Origin: Clostridia bacterium | GTDB lineage: Bacteria > Bacillota > Clostridia > Christensenellales > QALW01 | Direction of reading: 5' to 3' | NCBI GenBank assembly: GCA_017502165.1 | Contig: JAFVVO010000019.1 | Span: forward strand, 63,415 to 127,414 | DNA length: 64,000 bases | Part shown: positions 10,930 to 19,156 of the stretch, piece by piece | Numbering within the stretch: position 1 is the first letter of the stretch | Layout of the letters: every line of letters begins with the position of its first letter | Notes under the pieces: model-generated | Seen by the model: the letters and a program-made list of their open reading frames with translations, nothing else | Databases searched by the model: none | Told to the model about the DNA's origin: nothing | Translations under genes and position numbers: made by a program

Positions 10930-10969
10930 AACACCTATGAAGCAAGTTAGCTCATAGGTGTTATTTTTT
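10930..10969. terminator. Bidirectional intrinsic terminator
   Basis: AACACCTATGA...TCATAGGTGTT stem with A/T runs between convergent genes. Confidence 0.8.
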
Positions 10970-11021
10970 GCAGTTAAATTATTTTGCAGTTAAATTATTT
11001 TTTCAGTTAAATTATTTTTGC
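10961..11021. repeat. Short tandem repeat, about 3.5 copies of 16-18 bp
   Basis: TTATTTTTTGCAGTTAAA / TTATTTTGCAGTTAAA / TTATTTTTTCAGTTAAA / TTATTTTTGC. Confidence 0.8.
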
Positions 11022-11449
11022 TCGTAGGCTTTGATTTTTTCCAATCTCTGCTTGTGATGGGCACCCACAAAGGCAGCGCCAAGCCAAGCGTCAACAATAT
11101 CAAGGGCCAGGTTTACGCCCGTAACTCTTGCACCCAGGGCAAGCACGTTACTGTCGTTATGTTCTCTTGTTGTGTGGGCAGAATAGGTGTCCGAGCAAAG
11201 CGAGCAACGGATTCCCTTAACCTTGTTTGCGGCAATGCTCATTCCAATGCCCGTTCCGCAAATTAAAATACCCTTTTCAAATTCGCCCTTAGCAACACTT
11301 TCAGCTAAAGGAAAGGCAATATCGGGATAGTCAACCGCATCAGCAGAGGGGCAACCGAAATCAACGCATTCAATACCCTTCTTTTTCAGGTGCTTAATAA
11401 TTTCAAGCTTTAATTTATATCCGCCATGGTCACAACCGATAGCAATCAT
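11012..11449 (-). CDS. rpiB: Ribose-5-phosphate isomerase B
   Basis: IGCDHGG, CGTGIG, ANKVKGIR, REHNDSNVL. Confidence 0.95.
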   Translation of the reverse strand: MIAIGCDHGGYKLKLEIIKHLKKKGIECVDFGCPSADAVDYPDIAFPLAESVAKGEFEKGILICGTGIGMSIAANKVKGIRCSLCSDTYSAHTTREHNDSNVLALGARVTGVNLALDIVDAWLGAAFVGAHHKQRLEKIKAYEQK

Positions 11450-11670
11450 TGTTCTTCCTCCTGAACCTCGTCAGCGGCAAGGAATTTATTTATAAGGTCT
11501 AACAGAGAATCACAGTCAACGTTGTGCACCATACAAGCCTCCTCCAGAGTTTCCATCTGGGCGCTGGGGCAAGCAATGCAGAACATACCGTGGCCTAAGA
11601 AAAGGGCGGCAAGCTCCGAATTCATCTCCATAATTTCACCGATAGTATTTTGTTTTGTAGCCTGTTTCAT
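11446..11670 (-). CDS. DUF1858-family protein
   Basis: Start at ATG 11670 after GGAG; TIGEIM...GMFCIACPSAQMETLEEACMVH. Confidence 0.85.
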   Translation of the reverse strand: MKQATKQNTIGEIMEMNSELAALFLGHGMFCIACPSAQMETLEEACMVHNVDCDSLLDLINKFLAADEVQEEEQ

Positions 11671-11707
11671 TCTAAAATCTCCTTTGGCTTTTATCATTAC
11701 AAGAAAT

Positions 11708-11736
11708 ATTATACCTTCAAACGTTATTTTTGTCAA
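11708..11736 (-). promoter_or_regulatory. Sigma-A promoter for DUF1858-rpiB
   Basis: TTGACA-N17-TATAAT on the minus strand. Confidence 0.8.
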
Positions 11737-11866
11737 TTTTCATAAGAATTTTTTGTATTGTTTTTTCTTGTTTTGTAATAAGCACCTTTTCGACAAAAGC
11801 TTCTCTTTCAAAAACGGAGCAAACAAGGTAACATAATGCTGAAAATAAATTTTAAGGGGTGCTTTT

Positions 11867-12661
11867 ATGGGAAGAGTAATAGTGGTAACCTCCGGAAAGG
11901 GAGGTGTGGGCAAAACAACCGCGTGCGCCAACGTAGGCTTTGCCTTGGCAAAGGCAGGCAAGGAAGTTTTGCTTATTGATACTGATTTAGGCTTAAGAAA
12001 TTTAGATACGGTTTTAGGTCTTGAAAACAGAATAGTCTTCGACATCGTTGACGTTGTAGAAAACAAGTGCCGAATTAAGCAGGCAATAATTCGGGACAAG
12101 CGTACGGAGCATTTGAATTTAATGCCTGCCAGCCAGACGAGAGATAAAAACGCAATTACAGAAAAACAGATGATAGATTTGCTTTCTGAGCTGAAAAATC
12201 AATATGATTTTATTCTGCTTGATTGCCCCGCAGGAATTGAACAGGGCTTCAAAAACGCCATAGCAGGAGCCGACGAGGCCATTGTAATCTGCACGCCCGA
12301 GGTTTCCTCCGTTCGTGATGCCGACAGAGTTATCGGGCTTATGGCGTCAAGCGAAATTGCTCACATTTCCTTGGTGGTAAACAGAATTAAGCCTGAGCTT
12401 GTGCGGTCAGGGGATATGCTTTCTCTTGAAGATGTAGAAGACATTTTAGGACAAAAAGCCATTGGTGCGGTGTATGATGATGCAAGTATTGTCCGTGCAA
12501 CCAATTTAGGTGAAGCGGCGGTAAATATTCCTAACAGCAAGGCGGGCAGAGAATATGAAAACATAGCAAAGCGTCTGCTTGGTGAAAATATCCCCATAAC
12601 CAATTCAAATGCCTTCGGGGCGTTTATTGACAAGCTTTTCGGCAAAAAAGCGGTTGGCTAA
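11867..12661 (+). CDS. minD: Septum site-determining ATPase MinD
   Basis: SGKGGVGKTT, DLGLRNLD, DCPAGIEQGF, PEVSSVRDADR, C-terminal amphipathic helix. Confidence 0.95.
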   Translation: MGRVIVVTSGKGGVGKTTACANVGFALAKAGKEVLLIDTDLGLRNLDTVLGLENRIVFDIVDVVENKCRIKQAIIRDKRTEHLNLMPASQTRDKNAITEKQMIDLLSELKNQYDFILLDCPAGIEQGFKNAIAGADEAIVICTPEVSSVRDADRVIGLMASSEIAHISLVVNRIKPELVRSGDMLSLEDVEDILGQKAIGAVYDDASIVRATNLGEAAVNIPNSKAGREYENIAKRLLGENIPITNSNAFGAFIDKLFGKKAVG

Positions 12662-12673
12662 GGGGGAAAAACA

Positions 12674-12931
12674 ATGTTTGGATTTTTCAGAAAAAGAAAA
12701 GGAACTAGCAAAAATACGGCAAAGCAACGGCTTACTGCCGTAATTTCCCGCGACAGAGCAAACGTTTCGGCAGAGTTTTTACTTAAAATGACCGCGGACA
12801 TAATCTCCGCCGCAGTAAAATACATCGAACCTGATTTTGACGCGGTAAGCGTGCGAATCGAGCGCACCGGCACCGGCGCCTGCCTTTGCGCAAAGTTACC
12901 AGTTGTTGCGTATAAACAGTTGGGGGGATAA
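12674..12931 (+). CDS. minE: Cell division topological specificity factor MinE
   Basis: SKNTAKQRLTAVISRDR; follows minD. Confidence 0.85.
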   Translation: MFGFFRKRKGTSKNTAKQRLTAVISRDRANVSAEFLLKMTADIISAAVKYIEPDFDAVSVRIERTGTGACLCAKLPVVAYKQLGG

Positions 12932-12988
12932 AAAAGGGGCGAATAGTAAATAATTCACCCTTATGAATTGCGTTATGCTTTATGTTAA

Positions 12989-13822
12989 TTACTTAAGATA
13001 GAATTTATAATCTTTATTTACTAAAGTGTAATCACTTATTTGTATGGAAGAAAGATTTCCATTGTTAATAAAAAATCTTGCAAAATTCATTATGGAATGA
13101 TATTCAATTTCGCGTAGCATGCTATGATATTTGGGATGAATGATTTCATATCTAAATTTGTTCCAACCAGGGATTTCGCTTCTGTTTGGCTTTACGCGAT
13201 CCCCTAATCGCATAGCACTTCCAATGTATATTTGCTTGTGTGTTTCGTCAATAAGGTAATAAACAACAAAATTCACATTCTCATGCTTATATAAATCAGA
13301 GATGTCTATCCATTTTGTTGATTTTGTTATGAAACTGTTTTCAAAAGTTGTGTTGCTTAACCAGCCGAATACATTTTCTTCAACAAGTTTTTTGAAAATA
13401 TTATCGTAGGGGGTTTCAATCTTAATAAAAGTTTCTAAAAGGATGTGATCTTTATCTTGAGGCTTGAGAATCACTACTTCTTGTGAGCCACCTAATAAGT
13501 GGGTAATATAATACTCTTGTTTTTCTTTTGCATCAAAATTTTGACTTTCTATTGCAAAGTATGATTGTATAAACTCTTGCTTTAATGAGGCAAGTAAACT
13601 GTCGCTCTTATCCCATCGAAGTTGATATACAGCGGTTGCACCTTTCCGATTCACATGGGATAATCTCGCAGGATATTCTTTCTTTTTCCAAAGAATAGTT
13701 ACATCTCGGCTTGCGCCCAATCCCACGGGAGAATCAAAAATAAAATCGGCTACATAGTTATTCGGAATAGTTAAACCATATTTAAAAAATGATTTATCAA
13801 TTTTCTTATAGTATTCTCTCAT
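12989..13822 (-). CDS. Two-domain protein with C-terminal GIY-YIG nuclease domain (AT-rich insertion)
   Basis: VVYYLIDETHKQIYIGSA..L..R and a downstream LREIE helix fit GIY-YIG; N-terminal ~150 aa unassigned; visibly lower GC than the flanks. Confidence 0.65.
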   Translation of the reverse strand: MREYYKKIDKSFFKYGLTIPNNYVADFIFDSPVGLGASRDVTILWKKKEYPARLSHVNRKGATAVYQLRWDKSDSLLASLKQEFIQSYFAIESQNFDAKEKQEYYITHLLGGSQEVVILKPQDKDHILLETFIKIETPYDNIFKKLVEENVFGWLSNTTFENSFITKSTKWIDISDLYKHENVNFVVYYLIDETHKQIYIGSAMRLGDRVKPNRSEIPGWNKFRYEIIHPKYHSMLREIEYHSIMNFARFFINNGNLSSIQISDYTLVNKDYKFYLK

Positions 13823-13858
13823 AACGGAACATCCTTTTGGTATATAAAGTTTATAAGT

Positions 13859-13887
13859 ATTATATCACAGAATTTTCTACAAATCAA
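13859..13887 (-). promoter_or_regulatory. Sigma-A promoter for the GIY-YIG gene
   Basis: TTGATT-N17-TATAAT with TG extension. Confidence 0.65.
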
Positions 13888-13946
13888 GATTTGGTGGTTG
13901 TAAAAAAAGCGGTTTTTCAATTAAAAAATAACTTTCACATAATAAG

Positions 13947-13975
13947 TTGAAAAATTTTTCTCTATATGTTATAAT
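13947..13975 (+). promoter_or_regulatory. Sigma-A promoter for rodA
   Basis: TTGAAA-N17-TATAAT with TG extension. Confidence 0.65.
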
Positions 13976-14013
13976 ATTAAAAACTAACCTCAAAATTCAG
14001 CGGAGAGAAGTAT

Positions 14014-15159
14014 ATGTGGCTTTTTGATAAGAGAAAACTGCATAATATCGAGTACGTGTTGCTCATTATAGTCGGGGCGCTTTGTCTGTTTGGCCTTATT
14101 GCCATTATTGCCGCATTGGCGGACGCGTCACCAAGCGGCGAGGAAACAACTCTGCTTGAAAAGCTTTCGCGTCTTAATTTCGTTACGGCACGAAAACATT
14201 TGATTTGGATTGCTATAAGTACGGTGGTAATGGCATGTATTGCAATGCTTGATTATCACATTTATTCAAAAATATGGGCGTTCGTTTTAATCGTGTGCTT
14301 AGGCTTAATAGTGCTTACGTCGTTTTTCGGCGTTGTCCGTGGCGGAACACGAGGCTGGATAGCAATTACCGAAGATTTCTACTTTCAGCCAACGGAAGTT
14401 GGTAAGCTTGCGCTTATTCTGATTTTAGCAAAAACCATTTCGCAAAAGGAAAGCCTTGATAAATTCCGTGATTTGTGGACTACAATCGGCGCAATGGGCT
14501 TGTTTGTTGCCGCATTATTGACACAAATGGACGTAGGAACATCACTTGTATATGTGTTCATATTTGCAGTAATGCTGTTTATAGGCGGAATGAGATGGAA
14601 GCACATACTTATTATGGTAGGCGTATGCATTGCTTGTTGTGTTGCGATATGGTTTATTTTAGGTGAGGCGCAACAGAGCCGAATCATCAATTTCTTAAGC
14701 GGCGAAGACGTTGGTCAGCTTAAATATTCGAAAATTGCAATAGGCTCAGGCGGATTTTTCGGTAAAGGAATTTTAGGTCTTGATTCCATAAGCCAGTCGG
14801 GAGACATTCCTGCAATCCACACCGACTTTATCTTCTCAGCCATCGGCGAATCCATGGGCTTTATTGGGGGAATCCTCTTAATCGGTCTTTATACGGCAAT
14901 GGAAATAAGAATGTGGTATCTTATTCAGCATAAGGCACACGACCGTTACGGCAAAATGATTATTGTTGGCGTTATGGCAATGTTTATGTTCCACATTTTT
15001 GAAAATATCGGTATGGTTATGGGTATTATGCCCATTACGGGAATCCCCTTGCCGTTCGTTTCCTACGGCGGCTCAAGTATGCTTACCAATATGATTGGTA
15101 TCGGCCTCGTTGAAAGCGTTTGTATGAATAGACCCATTGAGCCCTTTACAAGTGAATAA
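14014..15159 (+). CDS. rodA: SEDS peptidoglycan glycosyltransferase RodA
   Basis: FQPTEVGK, AIGSGG, HTDFIFS, PITGIPLPFVSYGGSS; min-rodA-spoIVF context. Confidence 0.88.
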   Translation: MWLFDKRKLHNIEYVLLIIVGALCLFGLIAIIAALADASPSGEETTLLEKLSRLNFVTARKHLIWIAISTVVMACIAMLDYHIYSKIWAFVLIVCLGLIVLTSFFGVVRGGTRGWIAITEDFYFQPTEVGKLALILILAKTISQKESLDKFRDLWTTIGAMGLFVAALLTQMDVGTSLVYVFIFAVMLFIGGMRWKHILIMVGVCIACCVAIWFILGEAQQSRIINFLSGEDVGQLKYSKIAIGSGGFFGKGILGLDSISQSGDIPAIHTDFIFSAIGESMGFIGGILLIGLYTAMEIRMWYLIQHKAHDRYGKMIIVGVMAMFMFHIFENIGMVMGIMPITGIPLPFVSYGGSSMLTNMIGIGLVESVCMNRPIEPFTSE

Positions 15160-15182
15160 TTCTGCTTCAAGGCAATTAAAAG

Positions 15183-15229
15183 AATAAAATTTGTCCCCCG
15201 CACATAAGGTTGTGTGGGGGTGTTTTTTT
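15183..15229 (+). promoter_or_regulatory. Possible sigma-E promoter for spoIVFAB overlapping a rodA terminator hairpin
   Basis: ATA-N16-CATAAGGT; CCCCCGCACA/TGTGTGGGGG stem followed by a T-run. Confidence 0.45.
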
Positions 15230-15767
15230 GTTTAATCAGCATAAGCAAATCATATCAATCGCTCTGGTGCTTTTAACGGCTTTTATCGGCTTGTACGTTG
15301 CTTTCGGCTCGGGGGAGTTTGCTCAGAACGTAAAATACGCGGTGGAAATGAGCTTGGAGGAGGACTTCAAAATCAAGGAGAGCCTGGGGCAAGTGTTTTT
15401 AGCGCAAAAAAATCAAGACAGTCAGCAGGTTTCGGGGTCTGCTACGGTGTTAACCCTTAAGCGCCCCATGGAAATAGAGCCTGAGCTGATCGATTACCTT
15501 GGAGATAAGGCACTAAAATTTAATTGCGAAAAATATGCCGCCGTTTCGTCAAGCGGTGCAGGAAAAATTGAAACCGTTGAAAACAACAGAATAACCGTCC
15601 GCCATTATGACGGTAAATTAAGTATTTACTCAAACGTTGGAAGCTTGGTCAGAGCAGGTGACACGGTTGAGCAGGGGGAATGTATCGGATTTGCTAAGGA
15701 AGACGTCATATTCCGCCTAAGTGAAAATTGCGTGTTCCTCAATCCTTTAGATTATTTCGTTGCGTAA
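15228..15767 (+). CDS. spoIVFA: SpoIVFA-like M23/LytM-domain membrane protein
   Basis: TTG start after GGGGGTG; N-terminal TM; M23-like C-terminus (ITVRHYDG..VRAGDTVEQGECIG..NPLDY); upstream of spoIVFB. Confidence 0.65.
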   Translation: MFNQHKQIISIALVLLTAFIGLYVAFGSGEFAQNVKYAVEMSLEEDFKIKESLGQVFLAQKNQDSQQVSGSATVLTLKRPMEIEPELIDYLGDKALKFNCEKYAAVSSSGAGKIETVENNRITVRHYDGKLSIYSNVGSLVRAGDTVEQGECIGFAKEDVIFRLSENCVFLNPLDYFVA

Positions 15768-16599
15768 CGTGAGAATTTTCGGTATAAAAATAAAAATACA
15801 TCCTTCAATGCTGGGATGTATTTTGCTTTGGATTCTTTCGGGAAATGCAAGTGCAGGGCTTACCCTTTTTCTTGTGTTACTTTTGCACGAGCTTGCCCAC
15901 GGAATCATAGCCAATCTTTTAGGAATGAAAACGGAAAGCATCACCTTTTATCTTTTTGGCGGTGAAGCGGAAATAAGGGGCATAGGGGATAATTTTGCCC
16001 AAGAGGGTATTGTTGCCGCAATAGGCCCTATCGCAAGCGTTTTAACGGGCTTTCTGTGGCAGAAAATGAGCCAAAGCGGCATAGCTCCTCCGTGGGAAGA
16101 TTTTGTTCAGTATTCCTACGCAATCGGTGTCTTTAATTTACTTCCCGTGTATCCCCTTGACGGCGGAAGAATACTGTGCGCAGGATTAAAGGGAGCCTTG
16201 GGAGAAAAACGCGGCAAAAAAATTTGCCTTTGGTTTGGGCTTGCTTGCTCAGCCTTGTTTTTTATTTTCAGCCTTTTTATATTGGTGAAATATAAAAAAA
16301 GTACAACAGTAGTAATGGCGGCATTTATGCTTACCGCTTCCGCCCAAGCAATGAAAATACCGAAGGTTATGCCAAGCAGGGAAAAGGTTTGGCGCAATAA
16401 AGACGTAAAAATTATTAAATTATCCTGCGATACGCCTTTAACTGACGCTTTTAACGAATTTGGCGGCGGAAAATTTTTTATCGTTCTGTTAGAAAATGAA
16501 AACGGCAGGATAGAGGGAGCCTTAACGGAAAAGGAGATTTTCAACGGTCTGCTTTTAGACAGCAGGCAAACTCTTAAACAATTAAAAAAGCATTTATGA
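15760..16599 (+). CDS. spoIVFB: SpoIVFB-like M50 intramembrane metalloprotease
   Basis: HELAH, FGG, NLLPVYPLDGGR and a CBS-like C-terminus. Confidence 0.85.
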   Translation: MRNVRIFGIKIKIHPSMLGCILLWILSGNASAGLTLFLVLLLHELAHGIIANLLGMKTESITFYLFGGEAEIRGIGDNFAQEGIVAAIGPIASVLTGFLWQKMSQSGIAPPWEDFVQYSYAIGVFNLLPVYPLDGGRILCAGLKGALGEKRGKKICLWFGLACSALFFIFSLFILVKYKKSTTVVMAAFMLTASAQAMKIPKVMPSREKVWRNKDVKIIKLSCDTPLTDAFNEFGGGKFFIVLLENENGRIEGALTEKEIFNGLLLDSRQTLKQLKKHL

Positions 16600-16625
16600 T
16601 GCGCTAAACGTATCATAAATGCTTT
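16587..16625. terminator. Bidirectional terminator between spoIVFB and dusB
   Basis: AAAGCATTTATGAT...ATCATAAATGCTTT inverted repeat. Confidence 0.75.
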
Positions 16626-17572
16626 CAGTCAAGACTTCTGAGATATTCAATTAAAGAAATAAATTCTTCCTTCGTTTTAATATTCATTATGCCGTTTCTG
16701 ATTGAAGCGGCATTTTTCATTCCGTGGGTGTACCAGGCAATATGCTTTCTCATCTGAAGCATAGCCGTATGCTCACCCTTTGCGTCGATCAGGTCAAGCC
16801 CGTGCTTAAGGGCAACGTCAAGCTTTTCCTGATGGGAAAGAGAAAATGACTCACATTGCAAAAAGGCAAGAATTTCTGCAAAAATCCAAGGTCTTCCCTG
16901 GGCGGCACGGCCTATCATAACTGCGTCACAGCCGGTAAAGGAAAGCATTTTTTCGCAGGAAACACCTCCGGAAACGTCACCGTTACCGATAACGGGAATC
17001 GAAACGTTTTCTTTTACCGCTTTAATTACGTCAAGGCTTGCTTTTCCGCTATAGCCCTGGGTAGTAGTTCTGCCGTGAACAGTAATTGCGCTTGCGCCCG
17101 CTTCCTCTAAGCCAAAGGCAAATTTATCGGCGTAAACCGAATCCCAGCCTGCACGTATCTTAACGGTAACGGGCTTATCCGTGCTTTCAACGCAGGCGGA
17201 AACTATTTCCTTTGCCAAGGGCAGATCCTTCATTAATGCGCTGCCCTCGCCGTTGGAAATTATTTTTCTTGCAGGGCAACCCATATTTATGTCTATTACG
17301 TCAAACGCGTCAAAAACGGGGTTTTTAAGCTGCTGCGCCATAGTTTCAGGGCAGGAACCGAAAATTTGTGCGGCTTCAGGGTGCGTGTTCGAAGGAGCAA
17401 GCAGTTCTGCCGTTGCGTTGCTGTCGTAAAACAGTCCCTTTGCGCTGACCATTTCAGTAACGGTAAAGGCGGCGCCAAAATCATAACAGATTTTGCGGTA
17501 AACGCTATCCGTAACGCCTGCCATAGGCGCTAAAATCAATTTATTTTTAAGAAACACGTTTTTTATTTTCAT
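16625..17572 (-). CDS. dusB: tRNA-dihydrouridine synthase DusB
   Basis: LAPMAGVTD, DINMGCP, VTVKIR, VHGR, GNGD, MIGRAA. Confidence 0.95.
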   Translation of the reverse strand: MKIKNVFLKNKLILAPMAGVTDSVYRKICYDFGAAFTVTEMVSAKGLFYDSNATAELLAPSNTHPEAAQIFGSCPETMAQQLKNPVFDAFDVIDINMGCPARKIISNGEGSALMKDLPLAKEIVSACVESTDKPVTVKIRAGWDSVYADKFAFGLEEAGASAITVHGRTTTQGYSGKASLDVIKAVKENVSIPVIGNGDVSGGVSCEKMLSFTGCDAVMIGRAAQGRPWIFAEILAFLQCESFSLSHQEKLDVALKHGLDLIDAKGEHTAMLQMRKHIAWYTHGMKNAASIRNGIMNIKTKEEFISLIEYLRSLD

Positions 17573-18300
17573 ATTTTGTGCATCTCCGGAAGCTTGTTTC
17601 TGAAAACGGTGTAATATGAAAATCCGCAGCTTTCAAGCATCTGCTTTGCAAGGGCAAAATTGTTGCCTACAAATTTAGGATTGCTTGCATTTGAGCCAAT
17701 CGTAACAATTTCACCGCCGAATTCACGGAAGCGTGCAAGAATGTTTTTATCAAACAGTGATTTTTCACCTAAGAGAGAGGCGTCAAGCTCCAGTCCCTTT
17801 CCGCAATAAGCCGTGCGCATTAAAATGCTGTCGAATAAATCGGGAAATTCTCTGTAGCACAAGGCGGGGGATGGGTAATAAGCGTATTTTCCCGGGGCGG
17901 CTATTGAGCCTAAGCAAGAAAAATCAAAGGCGGCATCAAGAGAATCAAACACCTTCAGAAGATATTTTTCGTATGCCTCTGCTCTGGAACGGGCGGAATA
18001 ATATTCAAGAGAGCGGATATCGTTTCCCTCAACGGTTAAAACGGAATTTACAACGTAGTCGTATGAGCGCGACAGAATTTCAAGAGCTAAACGGCTATGA
18101 GTTTCATATTCAAAGGGAACAATAGCGCCTGATAAAATTTCAAGACTTTTATGGGTCAATTTTCTGCATTTTTCGCTTTCAAGGGGAAAAACAACATGCT
18201 CAGTAAAGCACAGACCCGATAAATCTGTCTGCTTTGCCTGAGCATAGCAAAGGGATATGTAGTTCTTATCGTTGCTTGAGCAAACGTTACAATCAAACAT
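17569..18300 (-). CDS. PHP-domain (HisJ-like) protein with degenerate metal ligands
   Basis: Likely start MFDCNVCS at 18300; FTEH, YDYVVNSV, GKGLELD, GGEIVTIGSNAS follow the HisJ-family layout. Confidence 0.7.
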   Translation of the reverse strand: MFDCNVCSSNDKNYISLCYAQAKQTDLSGLCFTEHVVFPLESEKCRKLTHKSLEILSGAIVPFEYETHSRLALEILSRSYDYVVNSVLTVEGNDIRSLEYYSARSRAEAYEKYLLKVFDSLDAAFDFSCLGSIAAPGKYAYYPSPALCYREFPDLFDSILMRTAYCGKGLELDASLLGEKSLFDKNILARFREFGGEIVTIGSNASNPKFVGNNFALAKQMLESCGFSYYTVFRNKLPEMHKI

Positions 18301-18308
18301 AAAATACC

Positions 18309-19154
18309 TCAGTCGGCAGGCTTCCAGTTCCATTTTTTGCAGGCTTCAAGCCAAACACCGTCATCAAGCGGGTGGGTGGAAACGCCTTTAGCCTTTGCAA
18401 GATTAAATACGTACCTGGCAAAGCCGATTATATATTGCCTGCCCTTTGACATTTCCTTGTAAGCAATCTGTCCCCAGATAGAGCTATCCCAAAGACCGCG
18501 GTCAACGTATTCCTGCTTAATCTTTTCACCGTCGTAATAAACGTGGTTAAGCTCAAAGGAGAACTGATTTTTTGAAACGTTCAAAATGGCGTAGTCCGCC
18601 CTGAAGGCTTCACCCTTCTGGCTCAAGCCTACAGAGCCGGGGTTAAGCACAAGCTTATCGTTATGTAAATAAGAAAACTGATAATGGTTATGTCCGCACA
18701 GAAGAATGTTCTCGTCTATGCTTTCAAGGCATTCGTTCAGGCGGGCAGGCTCATTGTAATAAAGAAGCTCACGAACGTTGTCGGGAGAGCCGTGCACCAG
18801 ACGGACGGATATGTCACCGTCCTTAACGGTTAACTGATTAGGCGCTTCCATAACGAATTTTTTAGCATCACCCTCAAGGAAAGCGATGGAATCACGCATA
18901 AACTTCCATTGAAGTGCCGTTTGCGTTTCACCAAAGCCTAAAAAATGCTCTCTAGCTAATTCTTCTCGGTTTCCTGCAATCATAACGGCATCTTTTTCTA
19001 AAAGCAAATTGATTACTTTGTCGGGGGAAGGGCCGTCGCCAACGTTGTCTCCAAGAACAAGAATCTTGTCGTATCTTGATGCGGGAACTTTATTCAGTAT
19101 GGCTTCGAGGGCAACTATATTGCCGTGTATATCAGATAAAACAAGATACTTCAC
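18309..19154 (-). CDS. Calcineurin-like metallophosphoesterase
   Basis: SDIHGN, LGDNVG, GNRE, VHGSP, CGHNH, NPGSVG. Confidence 0.9.
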   Translation of the reverse strand: MKYLVLSDIHGNIVALEAILNKVPASRYDKILVLGDNVGDGPSPDKVINLLLEKDAVMIAGNREELAREHFLGFGETQTALQWKFMRDSIAFLEGDAKKFVMEAPNQLTVKDGDISVRLVHGSPDNVRELLYYNEPARLNECLESIDENILLCGHNHYQFSYLHNDKLVLNPGSVGLSQKGEAFRADYAILNVSKNQFSFELNHVYYDGEKIKQEYVDRGLWDSSIWGQIAYKEMSKGRQYIIGFARYVFNLAKAKGVSTHPLDDGVWLEACKKWNWKPAD

Positions 19155-19156
19155 AA

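Noticed and set aside
10961-11021. CRISPR array
   Set aside because: Repeats are adjacent with no spacers, too short, and there are no cas genes.
12932-14013. IS or homing element around the GIY-YIG gene
   Set aside because: No transposase, terminal inverted repeats, target-site duplication or intron structure that I could see.
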